A stretch of DNA of 63,098 bases, counting the filler, from Globobulimina sp. (taxonomy: Eukaryota): NCBI GenBank assembly GCA_003354225.1. It is 11 parts of 11 records of this genome, joined end to end, with 100 filler letters (N's around TTAATTAATTAA, not from the genome) between each part and the next. Parts side by side here need not be neighbours in the genome. Positions count along the whole stretch, not along the records: positions 1 to 5,664 come from PIVH01000474.1; positions 5,765 to 11,422 come from PIVH01000475.1; 9 more parts are not named here. One strand, written 5' to 3'. The position numbers were made by a program, and so were the translations under genes. The notes below the pieces were generated by a model. It did not search any database. It saw only the letters and a program-made list of their open reading frames with translations, and was not told the DNA's origin. This document shows, piece by piece, positions 1-11,522 of the stretch (the first letter of the stretch is position 1; each line of letters begins with the position of its first letter).

Positions 1-1164
1 GGCTTCGACAGTACATACAATTGGAATGATATTCGTTTATTATTTTTATCATCAAACAATGATTTTGGTGCATGGTATAAGTTAAAGGTTTATCAAGAAA
101 TGGATTGCAAAGCTTTACATTCTTCGACTGTTCGATACTTAAAAATTATCGATAAAGACAAAAAATTACAACGCAATTTATGCGAAATATATATATTTGG
201 CGGACAGTTTTGTAATGGCGGACCGTATGAATATTATAATGATGTATTTAAAATACAATTTTATGACGAATTAGAGCCATATGCATTATTACAAGACAAT
301 AAAACAAAAACTGGTGTTCTAGCTAATGAAAACGAAAATATTTATGCCAAAAACAAGAAAGCATTTTTTACTACGAATATGGTAGAAACGCGGAGTGCTT
401 CACAAACGTTTCCAGCGCCGAGATCGCAACATTTTGCCTTTATTGATCACACAAATAATAGATATTGGATTTATGGCGGATTGGATGCAAATACAGAATT
501 TAATGATTTATGGTGTTTGGATTTAATGAGCAAAGAATGGAAACAAATTAAATATCCAATAAATGCATACAATATATTAAAAGCACCGGGTATAAATGTA
601 TTGCGCTCACATGATTTTAGACTTAATTTGTATGCGGATAAATTTTATTATTCACCAAAGCAACACAAATTGGTAGTTATTCATTGTATGGATGGCTCCG
701 CTGATACAAGGTCGATGTACTCCATATTGTACAGGTCGGATGAAGTGGAAAAGGAGGAAAAAGACAATGCGATGGAGATTTATACGGGAAGACGTGCGGC
801 GATGTTAGATAAGTTGGCGAAATTGAGAGAGAATGCATATTGGATTTATACATTAGATTTAAAGACTAAGATATGGGATATTTTGGTAGATGGTGAAGAT
901 GGTAGACCTACAACAAAGATAACTGGATCCATAGTGCATAGAATTGGTGATCGAGTGTGGTTTATTGGAGGCAAAGATAGAATAAATAGATTGAAATATA
1001 TTTTTGGTTTCAGCATACCAACGATCTCAATTTCATGGACACACGAGAGATTAATTTGGATTGGTAATTTAAAAAATGATAATAATCCTAAATGTTTTCT
1101 TAAATATCTTCCAAAAGAAATTGTATGTGTTATTTTATTGTTTTTTAAGCAAAATGTGTGGTGA
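1..1164 (+). CDS. Kelch-repeat (beta-propeller) protein, 5'-truncated
   Basis: Frame is open from base 1 (GFDSTYNWNDI...). Repeated kelch motifs IYIFGG..YYNDV, PAPRSQH..YWIYGG...FNDLW and VWFIGG. C-terminal ERLIWIG..C..YLPKEIV..IL motif resembles an F-box/SOCS-like helix. Confidence 0.8.
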   Translation, partial: GFDSTYNWNDIRLLFLSSNNDFGAWYKLKVYQEMDCKALHSSTVRYLKIIDKDKKLQRNLCEIYIFGGQFCNGGPYEYYNDVFKIQFYDELEPYALLQDNKTKTGVLANENENIYAKNKKAFFTTNMVETRSASQTFPAPRSQHFAFIDHTNNRYWIYGGLDANTEFNDLWCLDLMSKEWKQIKYPINAYNILKAPGINVLRSHDFRLNLYADKFYYSPKQHKLVVIHCMDGSADTRSMYSILYRSDEVEKEEKDNAMEIYTGRRAAMLDKLAKLRENAYWIYTLDLKTKIWDILVDGEDGRPTTKITGSIVHRIGDRVWFIGGKDRINRLKYIFGFSIPTISISWTHERLIWIGNLKNDNNPKCFLKYLPKEIVCVILLFFKQNVW

Positions 1165-1267
1165 CCGTTTGTTTTCGGTTTATAATTAATTAACTCAACT
1201 TTGCAAACAATCATGGTACTTAACGTTGTTGATGCACCAACCATAACTACAGTGGTTTCAACACCAT

Positions 1268-2173
1268 GTGTTGATATTAATGAGGTACCATGTAATGAAG
1301 ATGCTATTGAACCCGAAATTCCATTTCAAAAACGTTCAAAAACAAGACAATCCAAAAATATGTCTGACGAATTCTGTACGTACATTAATCTTCATATTAC
1401 TTTTATTAATTTTAATTGGAATTCCATTACTTTATATATCTGATGTTGATACGTTTCGTGATTATGAAATCTGTATTAATCATAAAGATTACTCATTAAA
1501 TATCAATAAAGTGTTTCTATCAGGTTCGATTATGTCAATTTTAGTGATACCATTCTCAAAATATAAAATATATATGTCATATGCAAACAATTTAAAAAAG
1601 ATGATTTCATTTTCAATTTATATCATAATGATGATATTTCTAATATTATTATATGAAAAGTATCACTATTTCAATGTTTTTGTAATTATAATTGCAATAT
1701 ATGGAATAATTCTGTTTTTCACTGAAATATTTGTGAAATCTGATATTGAGTATAATATTTATCATAAACATCCAATAATTTATATTAGCATTATAAATAA
1801 CTTATGTTTAATGACATTGAGCTGTGTGTTAATGTGCATGGCAGTATGTCAAGTACCAATAAATAATGAATGTGATGAAAGTGCTGCGTTGAAAGAAATT
1901 ATGATGAGATGTAGTGCATTTTATATGATATTAAGCATCATTGGAATGTGGATAACATTAAATATGAATCACAGACTTAAATATTTTTGTAAACAAAGCT
2001 TATTTTTATATGATATGGCCCAAAATGCTGAAATTCATATTAAACAAATGGAAAATGGTAAAGTTACAGCTGTAATGGCATTTTTTTTGATATATTTTAC
2101 AATTATATTTGTGCTTTATTTTGGATTATATTATTGGGCGTTATATGGACTGCAATATTATTTTCACGCTTAA
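1268..2173 (+). CDS. Multi-pass membrane protein of unknown function; true N-terminus may lie in overlapping ORF 1201-1443 (frameshift or intron)
   Basis: About 7 hydrophobic segments in the 301-aa ORF. Confidence 0.5.
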   Translation: MLILMRYHVMKMLLNPKFHFKNVQKQDNPKICLTNSVRTLIFILLLLILIGIPLLYISDVDTFRDYEICINHKDYSLNINKVFLSGSIMSILVIPFSKYKIYMSYANNLKKMISFSIYIIMMIFLILLYEKYHYFNVFVIIIAIYGIILFFTEIFVKSDIEYNIYHKHPIIYISIINNLCLMTLSCVLMCMAVCQVPINNECDESAALKEIMMRCSAFYMILSIIGMWITLNMNHRLKYFCKQSLFLYDMAQNAEIHIKQMENGKVTAVMAFFLIYFTIIFVLYFGLYYWALYGLQYYFHA

Positions 2174-2338
2174 GGGAACACAAAACTTGTGGAAGTTTTA
2201 AATCAAAGTCATATCATTATTATCATTGATGACTAGCTCACTTCAAGAAAATCTTAATATCAGGGTTCTCAACTCATAGACGGCAGTGCAAGGATAGATT
2301 TTTCCACTATTCGAGCATATGAAGGTAGAGACAAATCT

Positions 2339-2974
2339 ATGTCTGAAGTTCAGTGCACGATTTTCGTCCGTCTTCACTATAATACTAACATGAGACGTAG
2401 ATTAATAAATAGATACATTTCATTTTGTTTTCATCAATATCAACAATCAAAAGTGACATTTTTTACAATGCAAATCAGAAACACTTTATGCGATCGGAAC
2501 AAGATATTTTTGTCTTCAGCTGTATTTGGTGTTGCTATGTTGCAAAACTCAAATGCATCAATATCTGATATTACAAAATCAGATGAAAATGAGCAACATT
2601 TCACGGTGAAGGAAACAACAAAAATATCGTTTTATACTATAAAGGAAGACGATAACAATGGAAAAGAAATGGAAGCCATTTATCAAAAACATAAAGGTAA
2701 CACACTTGGATTTGAATTAAGCAATGAAAGCAACAAAACAGGTGTGCTTTTGGCAATGTTTGACGGCAAATATTTGAGCTCCATCGGATTTGAAGACATT
2801 CAAAGTGACAATGAATTGTATTATGTGATTGATGTTGATGATGACATTTCTAATAGAAAACCAACAAGATTCATAATCAGAGTATCCTCCATAATTTCAA
2901 TTACTGCCGACTCTCCTCATAATTTCAATTACTACCTAAATTTTAACAGAGACGCACAGTTCTCCAAATTTTAA
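2339..2974 (+). CDS. Hypothetical protein
   Basis: 211-aa ORF with plausible composition in its C-terminal half; no recognisable motif. Confidence 0.4.
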   Translation: MSEVQCTIFVRLHYNTNMRRRLINRYISFCFHQYQQSKVTFFTMQIRNTLCDRNKIFLSSAVFGVAMLQNSNASISDITKSDENEQHFTVKETTKISFYTIKEDDNNGKEMEAIYQKHKGNTLGFELSNESNKTGVLLAMFDGKYLSSIGFEDIQSDNELYYVIDVDDDISNRKPTRFIIRVSSIISITADSPHNFNYYLNFNRDAQFSKF

Positions 2975-3180
2975 CAGAAACGCACTTGTTAGAAATTTCT
3001 CCAAATTTCTTTACCCTGCACAGTTTTCTTTGACTGGGTGAAACGACATAACTCTGTTTGGCAAACAGCTGCATGCTATGCAGTTTTGACTATCAAGATC
3101 TAATGAAGACAAATGGCACACTACAAATCATAAATATATTCATTTTTAAATAGAAGCCTCCCATTTGTCAATATTTAATT

Positions 3181-4862
3181 TTAATTGATTCTATTCAGTT
3201 GCTTAACATCATTATCCCTCAATTTCGGTGAAGCTGTTTGTTCATTTGAACTTGACTCATCACCCAGCAATGGATTATATTTATATAAAAATCGATTGTC
3301 CACATCTCCATTCTTGCTCATGCTGTCATTATTGGCCTCAACACCATTAACAATCTCATTTGTTGGTGTAGTAAGCCTATTAACAGCATCAATTGCACAT
3401 TGTTCCCAATTTGAGTTCAATAATAAGATAAATGTAGAAATTGCAAACAGTGAATAACCGATCGTCAGTCCAATGTTATGGAAAATGCACCACCGACCAC
3501 AGGAAAAGCTTGTGCATAAAGGTCATATATCTCTTGCCGTCCGGATACAACATACGCCAAATATTTCCCAACTGTTGCTAATAGTACACCGATAACACCA
3601 CCAATTATTACACCAATAATAACGCCAACCCATGCGACATATTTTGCAGACTTTGGATTATTTGCACCCAAAAAATGTCAGACTCTAACTGCGATACCAT
3701 CGCTTATTCCGAGTGTCGCAATATGCAGAATTTGAATGATTGAAATTGAAGAACTAAAGACAGCTAATTCCGCGTCAGCCAAACCGGATGCAAAAAATGC
3801 TAAAATTTGAATTTGCCAGTCCTCCAATGCTCGAGAAGTGGCTTGCGGTATAGCCACAGTCAGGAATTGTTTAATCCGATGCCATGAAAATGTGGATACC
3901 TTCAATGAGGACCAGGTACCTGATGTTATGTGATATTTTTTCCAATAAAACATATAAAAGATGTAAACAAATAATTGTGTTATTTGCGTAATGGAAGTTG
4001 CGATTGGAGAGCCTATAAAACCTAAGCCATTCCAATGTGTTCCATTGATCTTTTGCATAAACCAATTTATAATGTATCCATACACCAACATTAAATTGAT
4101 TAGTATGTTAAATAAAATCATCACAGCAGATATGTATGTTGCTGGTAATACATTCGATTGTGATTTAAAATAATTTCTTATAATTTAAATATTATTAATA
4201 ATATATTGCAGGACACATAATGTGGAATATTATTAATATTAAAAGTTACGTACCTGATTGCCATAAATTGGCATCTCGGTAAAATAGATATTGTGGACCA
4301 AAGCGTAAACTGCCCGCTTAAAGATGCAATGTGTTTGGATGCGCCACAAAGTAGAAATATTTGTTCACCGTAAAGATATGCAATGAATGCAGGGATGGAT
4401 AGAATAGCAGCGAGCACAGCTCCTACTTGCATCCATTCGGAAACACGCGGAAGATTCTTGGCGCCAAATGCTTGAGACGATAATACATTAATGGAGTTAC
4501 AAAAAGACTGAATATAAGTACTGAATATTGCCATCAAAATACCAGCCATTGAAGATGCTGCAAGATAATCTGTCCCAAGATGACCAACCATGGATTGGTC
4601 AGTAAAATCTTGTAAAAATGATGTTGCCTTAGTAAATCCAATAGGCATTTTTGGTTTATCCGTAAAAATCTATTTTCTAACGGAAAAAACTGATTTTTTC
4701 TGTTTAAAAACAGATTTTTCCGATAAAGCAAAAATGCCTAATGGGTACACCTAACTTTATGATTTTTTTAGCTTCAGATTGGCAATTCCCATTTGTACAA
4801 CTCAATTCTCGCCATTTTAGCTTGTCTTTTGTTTGGTGGTCAACACGCAATGGTTCCTGCAT
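3181..4862 (-). pseudogene. MATE-family multidrug/toxin efflux transporter, pseudogenised
   Basis: ATG at 4862 gives MQEPL...SEAKKIIKLGVPI, then a MITE insertion (4643-4739). Continues DQSMVGHLGTDYLAAS, SSQAFGAKN, a 77-nt GT-AG intron (4253-4177) and GLGFIGSPIA. In-frame TGA in VRV*HFLGAN (3678-3680, Gly expected), then a frameshift/deletion near 3480 before GLTIGYS...NW. Confidence 0.85.
4643..4739. mobile_element. 97-bp MITE-like foldback element inserted in the MATE coding sequence
   Basis: Left end AGGCATTTTTGGTTTATCCGTAAAAATCT; right end reverse-complemented AGGCATTTTTGCTTTATCGGAAAAATCT. Flanked by AAT/AAT (or TA/TA) direct repeats. Removing it restores the reading frame (LGVPI-GFTKA). 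Confidence 0.85.
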
Positions 4863-4980
4863 TATTTGATGAGATTGAGGTGTTTTTGGTGATAGAGTGA
4901 AGTTTGTATTATATGTTTCAAGAAGTTTGTATTAAGGGTTAAACTATAATTATTACATATTTTCGGGTTGAATACTTTCA

Positions 4981-5664
4981 TTAATCCGTAATATCTTGCA
5001 TTTTTTTCACGATTCCTAAATTTGCAGTCTCTAAAAACTGGTCAAAATCCTTATCCTCCAATTTAAATTTAGTAATTGCTTCCTTCATTGCAAGTCTTGT
5101 ATCCCGGCCAAGTGTTTGAAATGCTTCAGAATCCGTTGGATCAGCCCTGAAAAATCGTGGCCATAACCAATAAATATCACTCATCCAAAATCGGTGTGCG
5201 GATTGATTCAAATACCAATACATTTTAACCTTATTCCTAAAATATAAATGGTAACTCATCAAAAATTGATATCCATTCGCACTCTCAAAACCACCCAAAT
5301 CCATTGCCAATCTCGGCATTCTTAACAGAAACTCTTTCGTGTTTGCTGCGAAACACTCATTTAATACAAAGGCATATCGACTTGACAGTGTATCACATTT
5401 CTTTGGACAGATTAAGTACATCCTATCATTCCATGTTTTATCTGTATTCGTGTCATCCACCATTCTCTTATTTGAAATATGCGCTGGATTCCTCCTATCA
5501 ATTATCAATATATACCGTTTATGTCGTTGCTGTTTATACGTCTGATGCTTATCAAATAACTCATTAATTTGATGCCTTATACGGTCCACACTTTCAATAT
5601 CTGTATTTATCGCTGCACGAAAAAAACAATCTTTTCCTTCAGTATATTCGGATTCTTTAACATT
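4981..5664 (-). CDS. Hypothetical protein, probably 5'-truncated at the contig end
   Basis: 202-aa ORF with globular, aromatic-rich composition; no family recognised. Confidence 0.55.
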   Translation of the reverse strand, partial: NVKESEYTEGKDCFFRAAINTDIESVDRIRHQINELFDKHQTYKQQRHKRYILIIDRRNPAHISNKRMVDDTNTDKTWNDRMYLICPKKCDTLSSRYAFVLNECFAANTKEFLLRMPRLAMDLGGFESANGYQFLMSYHLYFRNKVKMYWYLNQSAHRFWMSDIYWLWPRFFRADPTDSEAFQTLGRDTRLAMKEAITKFKLEDKDFDQFLETANLGIVKKMQDITD

Positions 5665-5764
5665 NNNNNNNNNNNNNNNNNNNNNNNNNNNNNNNNNNNN
5701 NNNNNNNNTTAATTAATTAANNNNNNNNNNNNNNNNNNNNNNNNNNNNNNNNNNNNNNNNNNNN
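5665..5764. other. Artificial contig linker (N44-TTAATTAATTAA-N44). Identical linkers at 11423-11522, 17174-17273, 22922-23021, 28667-28766, 34411-34510, 40153-40252, 45892-45991, 51631-51730 and 57366-57465
   Basis: Same 100-nt spacer with stops in all six frames. Intervening contig lengths never increase (5664, 5658, 5651, 5648, 5645, 5644, 5642, 5639, 5639, 5635, 5633). Confidence 0.99.
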
Positions 5765-5792
5765 AATGCTCTACCGATTGAGCTACGTGAAA
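5765..5792 (-). tRNA. 5' fragment of a tRNA gene or tRNA-derived repeat, cut by the contig end; isotype undeterminable
   Basis: Reverse complement TTTCACG-TA-GCTC-AATCGGTA-GAGC-ATT gives an acceptor 5' strand plus a canonical D-arm/A-box. Confidence 0.6.
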
Positions 5793-5913
5793 TTTATGCA
5801 AAATCTATTAATAATAACCTACCGTCCAATAAGTAATTGCAAAATACTGAAAAACTTTTTGAACAGCAAGAAATTTTCTTTTTATACGTAGGTTTCCTAT
5901 TATATATTATTAA

Positions 5914-6924
5914 ATGGCAGCAGATCTGAGTTATGAAGAAGCGCAGGAAGTGGTTGATGAAGGAGATGTGGTGACAGCATCTGAAATACAAGAAATGTAT
6001 CCAGATAAAACAATGAATCAAATTCAATACGATATGGCAATGGAAGAAGCGGAGTTAGAGTTAAAATCAAAAATGCAGGAAAAATATGAATTTAATGAGC
6101 CACGCGCTGCTGCAAAACAAGGGAGAAAAACATATCATACCGGACCCAAAGGTGTATTGACCGATTATGAAGAGGCAAAATTAAAATTGAGAGCAAACAG
6201 AATTGCTGACAAAATGCGGCGAGAACACAAATATTACATGAATATAGGCAATAATTCGAATGAAACTCAATCAAAACTTATGATCATTGACATGAAAAAG
6301 AATAAGGCGGTGAATACAAAAGAACTGCGCAAAGAGAGAAAGGTATCACTGTCGGAATCTGATGAGGATGATGAGGATGAGGAGGATGAGGATGCCGAGG
6401 ATGAAGAGGTTTTATTGCGATATAAATTGGAAAAAATGAGGATATTAAAGGAGAATGCGGCGCGTTATGGAGACACAAAGGAGTTGACAGCGTGGACTTT
6501 CTCGCAGCAAGTCGAGAATGCCGCGTTTAATGTGTTTGTAGTGGTTCATGTGTATCAGGACTATTTGGAGCGATGTGGCCGAATGAACTATGCCATGGCA
6601 CAAATCGCAAAATCTTATCCCCACATTAAATTTTTGCGCGCAAGAAGCGACCGTTTGGGGTTGGATAATTATCCACAAATTGGTTTGCCCACATTTATTA
6701 TTTTCAAAAATGGAAAACAACTACAAAATCACATTGCTGTTCATCAACTAATTCCAAATCCTTTTCAGGTTAAAGATGTTGAAGCATTCTTAATAAAAAA
6801 TAAAGTCATTCAGCCTGTTGTTATTATCCCCGATGTTAAAACAAATAACAACAACAACAAGAATAAGAATAAGAATAATAATGACAGTGACAGTGGGAGT
6901 GGGAGTGAATTGGATTTAGATTAA
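5914..6924 (+). CDS. Phosducin-like protein (PhLP1 type, thioredoxin-like domain)
   Basis: TGPKGV motif, acidic linker, then VVVHVY...C..MN..M..IA..YPHIKF and LPTFIIFKNG. Confidence 0.9.
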   Translation: MAADLSYEEAQEVVDEGDVVTASEIQEMYPDKTMNQIQYDMAMEEAELELKSKMQEKYEFNEPRAAAKQGRKTYHTGPKGVLTDYEEAKLKLRANRIADKMRREHKYYMNIGNNSNETQSKLMIIDMKKNKAVNTKELRKERKVSLSESDEDDEDEEDEDAEDEEVLLRYKLEKMRILKENAARYGDTKELTAWTFSQQVENAAFNVFVVVHVYQDYLERCGRMNYAMAQIAKSYPHIKFLRARSDRLGLDNYPQIGLPTFIIFKNGKQLQNHIAVHQLIPNPFQVKDVEAFLIKNKVIQPVVIIPDVKTNNNNNKNKNKNNNDSDSGSGSELDLD

Positions 6925-6990
6925 TCTGACTAACTTTTTAATGTTTGCTTACTATTAAACTAAAAACTTTTTTAACAAAACGCTAAAAAC

Positions 6991-7647
6991 ATGGGCTTTC
7001 TATTTGGCTCTGAAAAAAATAAAGACAAAAAAAACCGTCGTAATGATGAATTATCAGAGAAAGACAAAGCAGCATTGCAAGTAAAACGGCATCGCGATCG
7101 GTTGAAAAAATATGAAAAGGAAATGCAAAAAAAAATCGATCGTGAAACAGAAATTTGTAAAGAATTATTGAAACAAAAAAAAAGAGATAAAGCAAAATTA
7201 GCATTAAGAAAAAAGAAATACCAAACAAATTTATTGGAAAAAGCGAGAAATCAGTTATTAAATATTGAGGAATTGATTGAAAATGTTGAAGCTGCAGAAA
7301 TGCAGAAAGAAGTTTTTAAAGCAATACAAAGCGGCACACAGTTATTAGAGGAAATAAATTCGGAAATGAGTTTAGAAGAAGTCGAGAATTTAATGGATGA
7401 TACGGCCGAAGCCATTGCATATCAACAGGAATTAAATGCAATTTTGTCTGAAAATTTAACACAGATCGATGACGATGATGTACTTAAAGAATTAGCACAA
7501 ATCGAACAAATGGAAGCCGATGAAGTTGCAATGAATATGGCCAATGTACCAAATAAAGCAATTGCAATTCAACAACAACAAGAAGCACAACAAGAGCCAC
7601 AAACAAATGAAAAGAAAAAGACAAAGAAACAAGTGCTTGTTCAATGA
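6991..7647 (+). CDS. VPS20: ESCRT-III Snf7-family subunit, Vps20/CHMP6-like
   Basis: N-terminal MG (myristoylation), DKAALQVKRHRDRLK, KAKLALRKKKYQ, VENLMDDTAEAIAYQ. Confidence 0.9.
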   Translation: MGFLFGSEKNKDKKNRRNDELSEKDKAALQVKRHRDRLKKYEKEMQKKIDRETEICKELLKQKKRDKAKLALRKKKYQTNLLEKARNQLLNIEELIENVEAAEMQKEVFKAIQSGTQLLEEINSEMSLEEVENLMDDTAEAIAYQQELNAILSENLTQIDDDDVLKELAQIEQMEADEVAMNMANVPNKAIAIQQQQEAQQEPQTNEKKKTKKQVLVQ

Positions 7648-7704
7648 TACTGTATAATATTTTTGTTGTTACAATTCTTGATTCTTCAAAGCCCACAAAA
7701 TCGA

Positions 7705-8295
7705 TCAAATGGAAAAAATATTAATCATATTATTAGTCATTGTGTCTGGCAGATTTTCCATTTCATTTAGATCATCACTTGGATCCTCATAATCGTTTAG
7801 ATTTTTGTGTTTGTAAAGTTGAACTACATCATTTGCATCATTTTCATTGCGTAATTTGCGTTGTTGTTTTTCCAATAAATAATTGATTGCAAATTGTTCA
7901 TTTTTTTTTTTGCGATTATATGCATTTTGAGCGACTGCAAAATCACATCCCATAATATCAATAATCCGATTTATTGCAAATTTATCTGAAAGTTGACTCA
8001 TTTCAATCTCTTTTTCATTTTCCTTTGTTTTTTGTTTCGATTCTAGTCGTTTTTTATAAAAATATCCACAAACCATTCCAATCCATATCAATGATAAAAT
8101 GATAAACGTTATTATAATGCCCCATTTTTTTCCTTCATTTATAGAAATATATGTTGTTGCGTTATAATGAGTTATTACGAATTGTGTAGGCGTTGAAGTT
8201 GCTATACTGACAGCTGTAATATTTTGTGATAACAAATGTGAAATAGGTACTACCAACAACAAAGCGACAAACAGCAACATAGTCATAGTGTACAC
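7705..8295 (-). CDS. Single-pass membrane protein with signal peptide and cytoplasmic UBA-like domain
   Basis: Signal peptide, TM segment WGIIITFIILSLIWIGMVCGYFY, and UBA-like IIDIMGCDF..AQNA......QFAINYLL. Confidence 0.6.
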   Translation of the reverse strand: MYTMTMLLFVALLLVVPISHLLSQNITAVSIATSTPTQFVITHYNATTYISINEGKKWGIIITFIILSLIWIGMVCGYFYKKRLESKQKTKENEKEIEMSQLSDKFAINRIIDIMGCDFAVAQNAYNRKKKNEQFAINYLLEKQQRKLRNENDANDVVQLYKHKNLNDYEDPSDDLNEMENLPDTMTNNMINIFSI

Positions 8296-8336
8296 TGAGA
8301 GACTGAGAGTGAGAGAACTTCAGAAATAAACAACAC

Positions 8337-10692
8337 TCAAATTTTAAGACTCATATTGATTGCATTTATTATGAGTTTATCAACAAACTCTGTTTGGATT
8401 ATCTGAGCAATATTTGTAATATTTGCATTGAGAGCAACATTTGGTTTTGGCATTATTATTTCTTTCATATCAATATCTTGATCGATAGCGATATCATTAC
8501 ATTTTGTAATAAATGGCTGTTTTGTTCCAACTTTATCTCTTTTGCCGATATTTATAAATTTTGAAGATAAATCAGACCATTTTTCATTTTTTGGTCGCCA
8601 CCATCGATATTTCGGGCTCCAACCACTTATTTTTGGTGTAAATATATGAAGCGTTGCAATGTATGGCTTCCATTGCTGATTTTTAACATCCTTTGGATGA
8701 TACGGTGGGATGGACCGCCAATTAAAAGGAAAGGCACCGCGCCAAATCATGCCTAATGACTCTGACAAGTCGCGGATTTTCCAAATATCAAACTGAGAGA
8801 TTCCATCACGATTCGTATGGAATATTATATGTAACTCACCGATCGGCGATAACTGACGGATGGAGCAAGAGAATAAGCCGCCGATTAAATCGTTATCCAA
8901 GTCACAATCATATTTTTTTAAGCTGGCTCTCGGAAATGGAAATATTATCCGATCAAATGATTGAGGCTCGGAGCCGAGTTGCGGCCGCAAGGTCTCCTCA
9001 ATGCGCCGCGCGTCGATGCCATGAAAAGTCCTTCCTTTCCTTCGCCAAATCTCATGCAAAATGTTGAATAATTGGCCATTCTCCCCTTCATCGAGAAATT
9101 GACGAAACATTGGATCTGAGACATAATATGATGGCTGCGGGCCGTACACAGACTTTGTGGGGCCACGACGGCACAGATAAGAGGTTCCGATGATTTTTCC
9201 TTTGCCTTTTCCCACTCCGCGCAGCCGCAGCAAGCCCAAAGTGAATGAAAAATCCGCCTCCCCCAAAACAAGAATGTTATGCGATGGGTGATAGGCCGAG
9301 TAATGAGTCATTCCCTTTCCCTTTTCCTTTTTGCTCTGCATCATGCAAATTCCCTCTCTGCCACTCCCATCCACCAAAAAATTAGCTGCAAAATGTCGCG
9401 AATGGCTATAAATCTCTTTGCTTCGATCATAAAATTCATCATAAAATGGCACAAATAAGTCATTGTGCGGCGAAAAATCGCGAAAATATAAACATTTCCC
9501 TTCATTTAATATCAAATATTTCTCATCTGCAATAATTAATATTTTATCAGTCTCATTCTCCATTTCCATTCTATAATTTCTAGAATTAATATTGGTGATG
9601 TTGCAAATAATTTTATTTAAGGTCAGCATGGCCACATATTCTGATTCAACACTCTTTTTTGTGTGTTTCTGTTTGTGTTTATGTTTCTGTTTATGGCTCA
9701 ATGGATACAGCAATTGATAGTGTGCACAGATCCGCGTACAAGACGCGTCGTAGTGGCCGACGACTCTCGTAATGCATGGATATAAATTACAACAGGCTTT
9801 GTTTGATGATTTCCAGTGTTGAATAAAGACGAATTTATTGTCTTTTCTGTGGACTTTACCAACAATCAAACACAACGATTTGTTCTTATTTAAAATTCCA
9901 TACAAGCCATCATCTAAAAAATGCGTTAATTGTATACAATGTTTATACTTGTCATTATTTCGATATTTCCTGTCTTTTAAGTCTCGTTTCTCTTTTTCAA
10001 ATTGGTTTAATTGTGAATGTATTTCGATCATTGACTCGTACGAATCCAAAGGGGCGAACATTATCTCTTTGTCATTATCATTGTCATTATCATCCTCTTT
10101 TTTATTTTTATTTTTATTATCATTGTCGTGGTCGAGGTCGAGCTCAAAGTCATCAAACAGAGTGAATACATTTTGCTGTTGCTGCGCGATGACATTTGTG
10201 TAGATAGTCTGATTTATGTCATTTGTGTGTTTATTATATTGGAATAGACGCCAATTGCCGGTCAAACAGCCCCTTTCTGAGCTCCTGACCAAGCGACAGA
10301 GCGTATTTCGGCCTCGGTTTTTGAAGATGTGCTGGCTCTGAGAAAAAGAGGCGTATTCTAACTGCATCTCATCGCCAAAGTCATCCATAATGCCGCTACA
10401 AACCGTATTGATGTCATGCGTATGCTTGCTGTACATTGTCCATCTTTGCTCGAATTGCACCATTGTTTGCAACAAAGAGCATTTTTTAGGTCTCACCACT
10501 CGCCCACTTATGCCACAAATATGCGGCTCATCCAAATAACCAATCAGAGCGCCATCACAATCCTCATAAAACACATATTTTTTATCATTGTTCTGTTTTG
10601 AAATCCATATCCCAGACAATGGCAATTGTTGCAATTGCTTTGGATGCAACAAACATTTGTGTTTAAATGGTATTTGAGTGTCAATAAATTTA

Positions 10693-10723
<31 letters not shown>

Positions 10724-10982
10724 TTATATTAAATTTAAAATCTCTTTTAATCCTATTTCTATTTCTATTTATATCTATATCTATATTGTTAGCTCGATCT
10801 CCATCGCGTGACCGACTCCGTGATCTGCTCCGTGATCTACTTCGTGATCTATTTGTATTTCTATTTGTTTTTTCATCATTTGCGCTCATTTCAATGTCTT
10901 GATTTTGATAATTGTTTAATAATCCAACTGATGCGGGTTTAGGTAGTTCGATGCAAACCGATGGCGTGCTGCTATCGCTCAT
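8337..10982 (-). CDS. Large protein with C-terminal Bmt5/DUF2431-like (rRNA uridine-N3 methyltransferase-like) domain and N-terminal RS and DN low-complexity repeats
   Basis: NILVLGEADFSFTLGL, IIGTSY, HGIDA, FDRIIFPFP, GELHI and YHPK motifs; RSRSRSRSRSRSR near the N-terminus. Confidence 0.75.
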
Positions 10983-11074
10983 GTCACAGTCACTTAATTA
11001 CAAATTATAATTAATAAATAAATAAATAAATAAATAAGTGCAAGGATGAAGGGATAATTAATTCATTGGATACC

Positions 11075-11422
11075 TTACCTTTCGACGTGAATGCTTTTCT
11101 GTGTTTTTACATCATCAACTTCTGCTAATTGTAATTTATTAATATTTGCCCAGCCCTCAACAGGAGATATTACGTAATGATATCCATTGGTTGGTGAGGT
11201 TTGTAATAATTTGATTTTTCTCCCTTTTTCTAATTTGATCACTAATTGAGGCGCATCACAAGCATTAAGAGCCGGTGCCGCCGCCGGTGGTATATTCCAT
11301 ATACACATCGCCTCTGATAATATAATAATTGCTTGTGTCTCTTGGTGTTGTTGAGGGTGAGGGCGATATGGCTGTCTTTTTGTTGTTTGATGGCGGAAAC
11401 GACGATGATTGCTGTGGTATCT
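11075..11422 (-). CDS. Fragment of a protein with an SH3-like domain, 5'-truncated
   Basis: LVIKLEKGRKIKLL...YHYVISPVEGWAN pattern; upstream sequence is coding-like up to the contig end. Confidence 0.4.
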   Translation of the reverse strand, partial: RYHSNHRRFRHQTTKRQPYRPHPQQHQETQAIIILSEAMCIWNIPPAAAPALNACDAPQLVIKLEKGRKIKLLQTSPTNGYHYVISPVEGWANINKLQLAEVDDVKTQKSIHVER

Positions 11423-11522
11423 NNNNNNNNNNNNNNNNNNNNNNNNNNNNNNNNNNNNNNNNNNNNTTAATTAATTAANNNNNNNNNNNNNNNNNNNNNN
11501 NNNNNNNNNNNNNNNNNNNNNN

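Noticed and set aside
10050-11040. DN/N/RS codon repeats and an (AAAT)n tract
   Set aside because: Ordinary low-complexity coding repeats and a microsatellite, typical of AT-rich protists.
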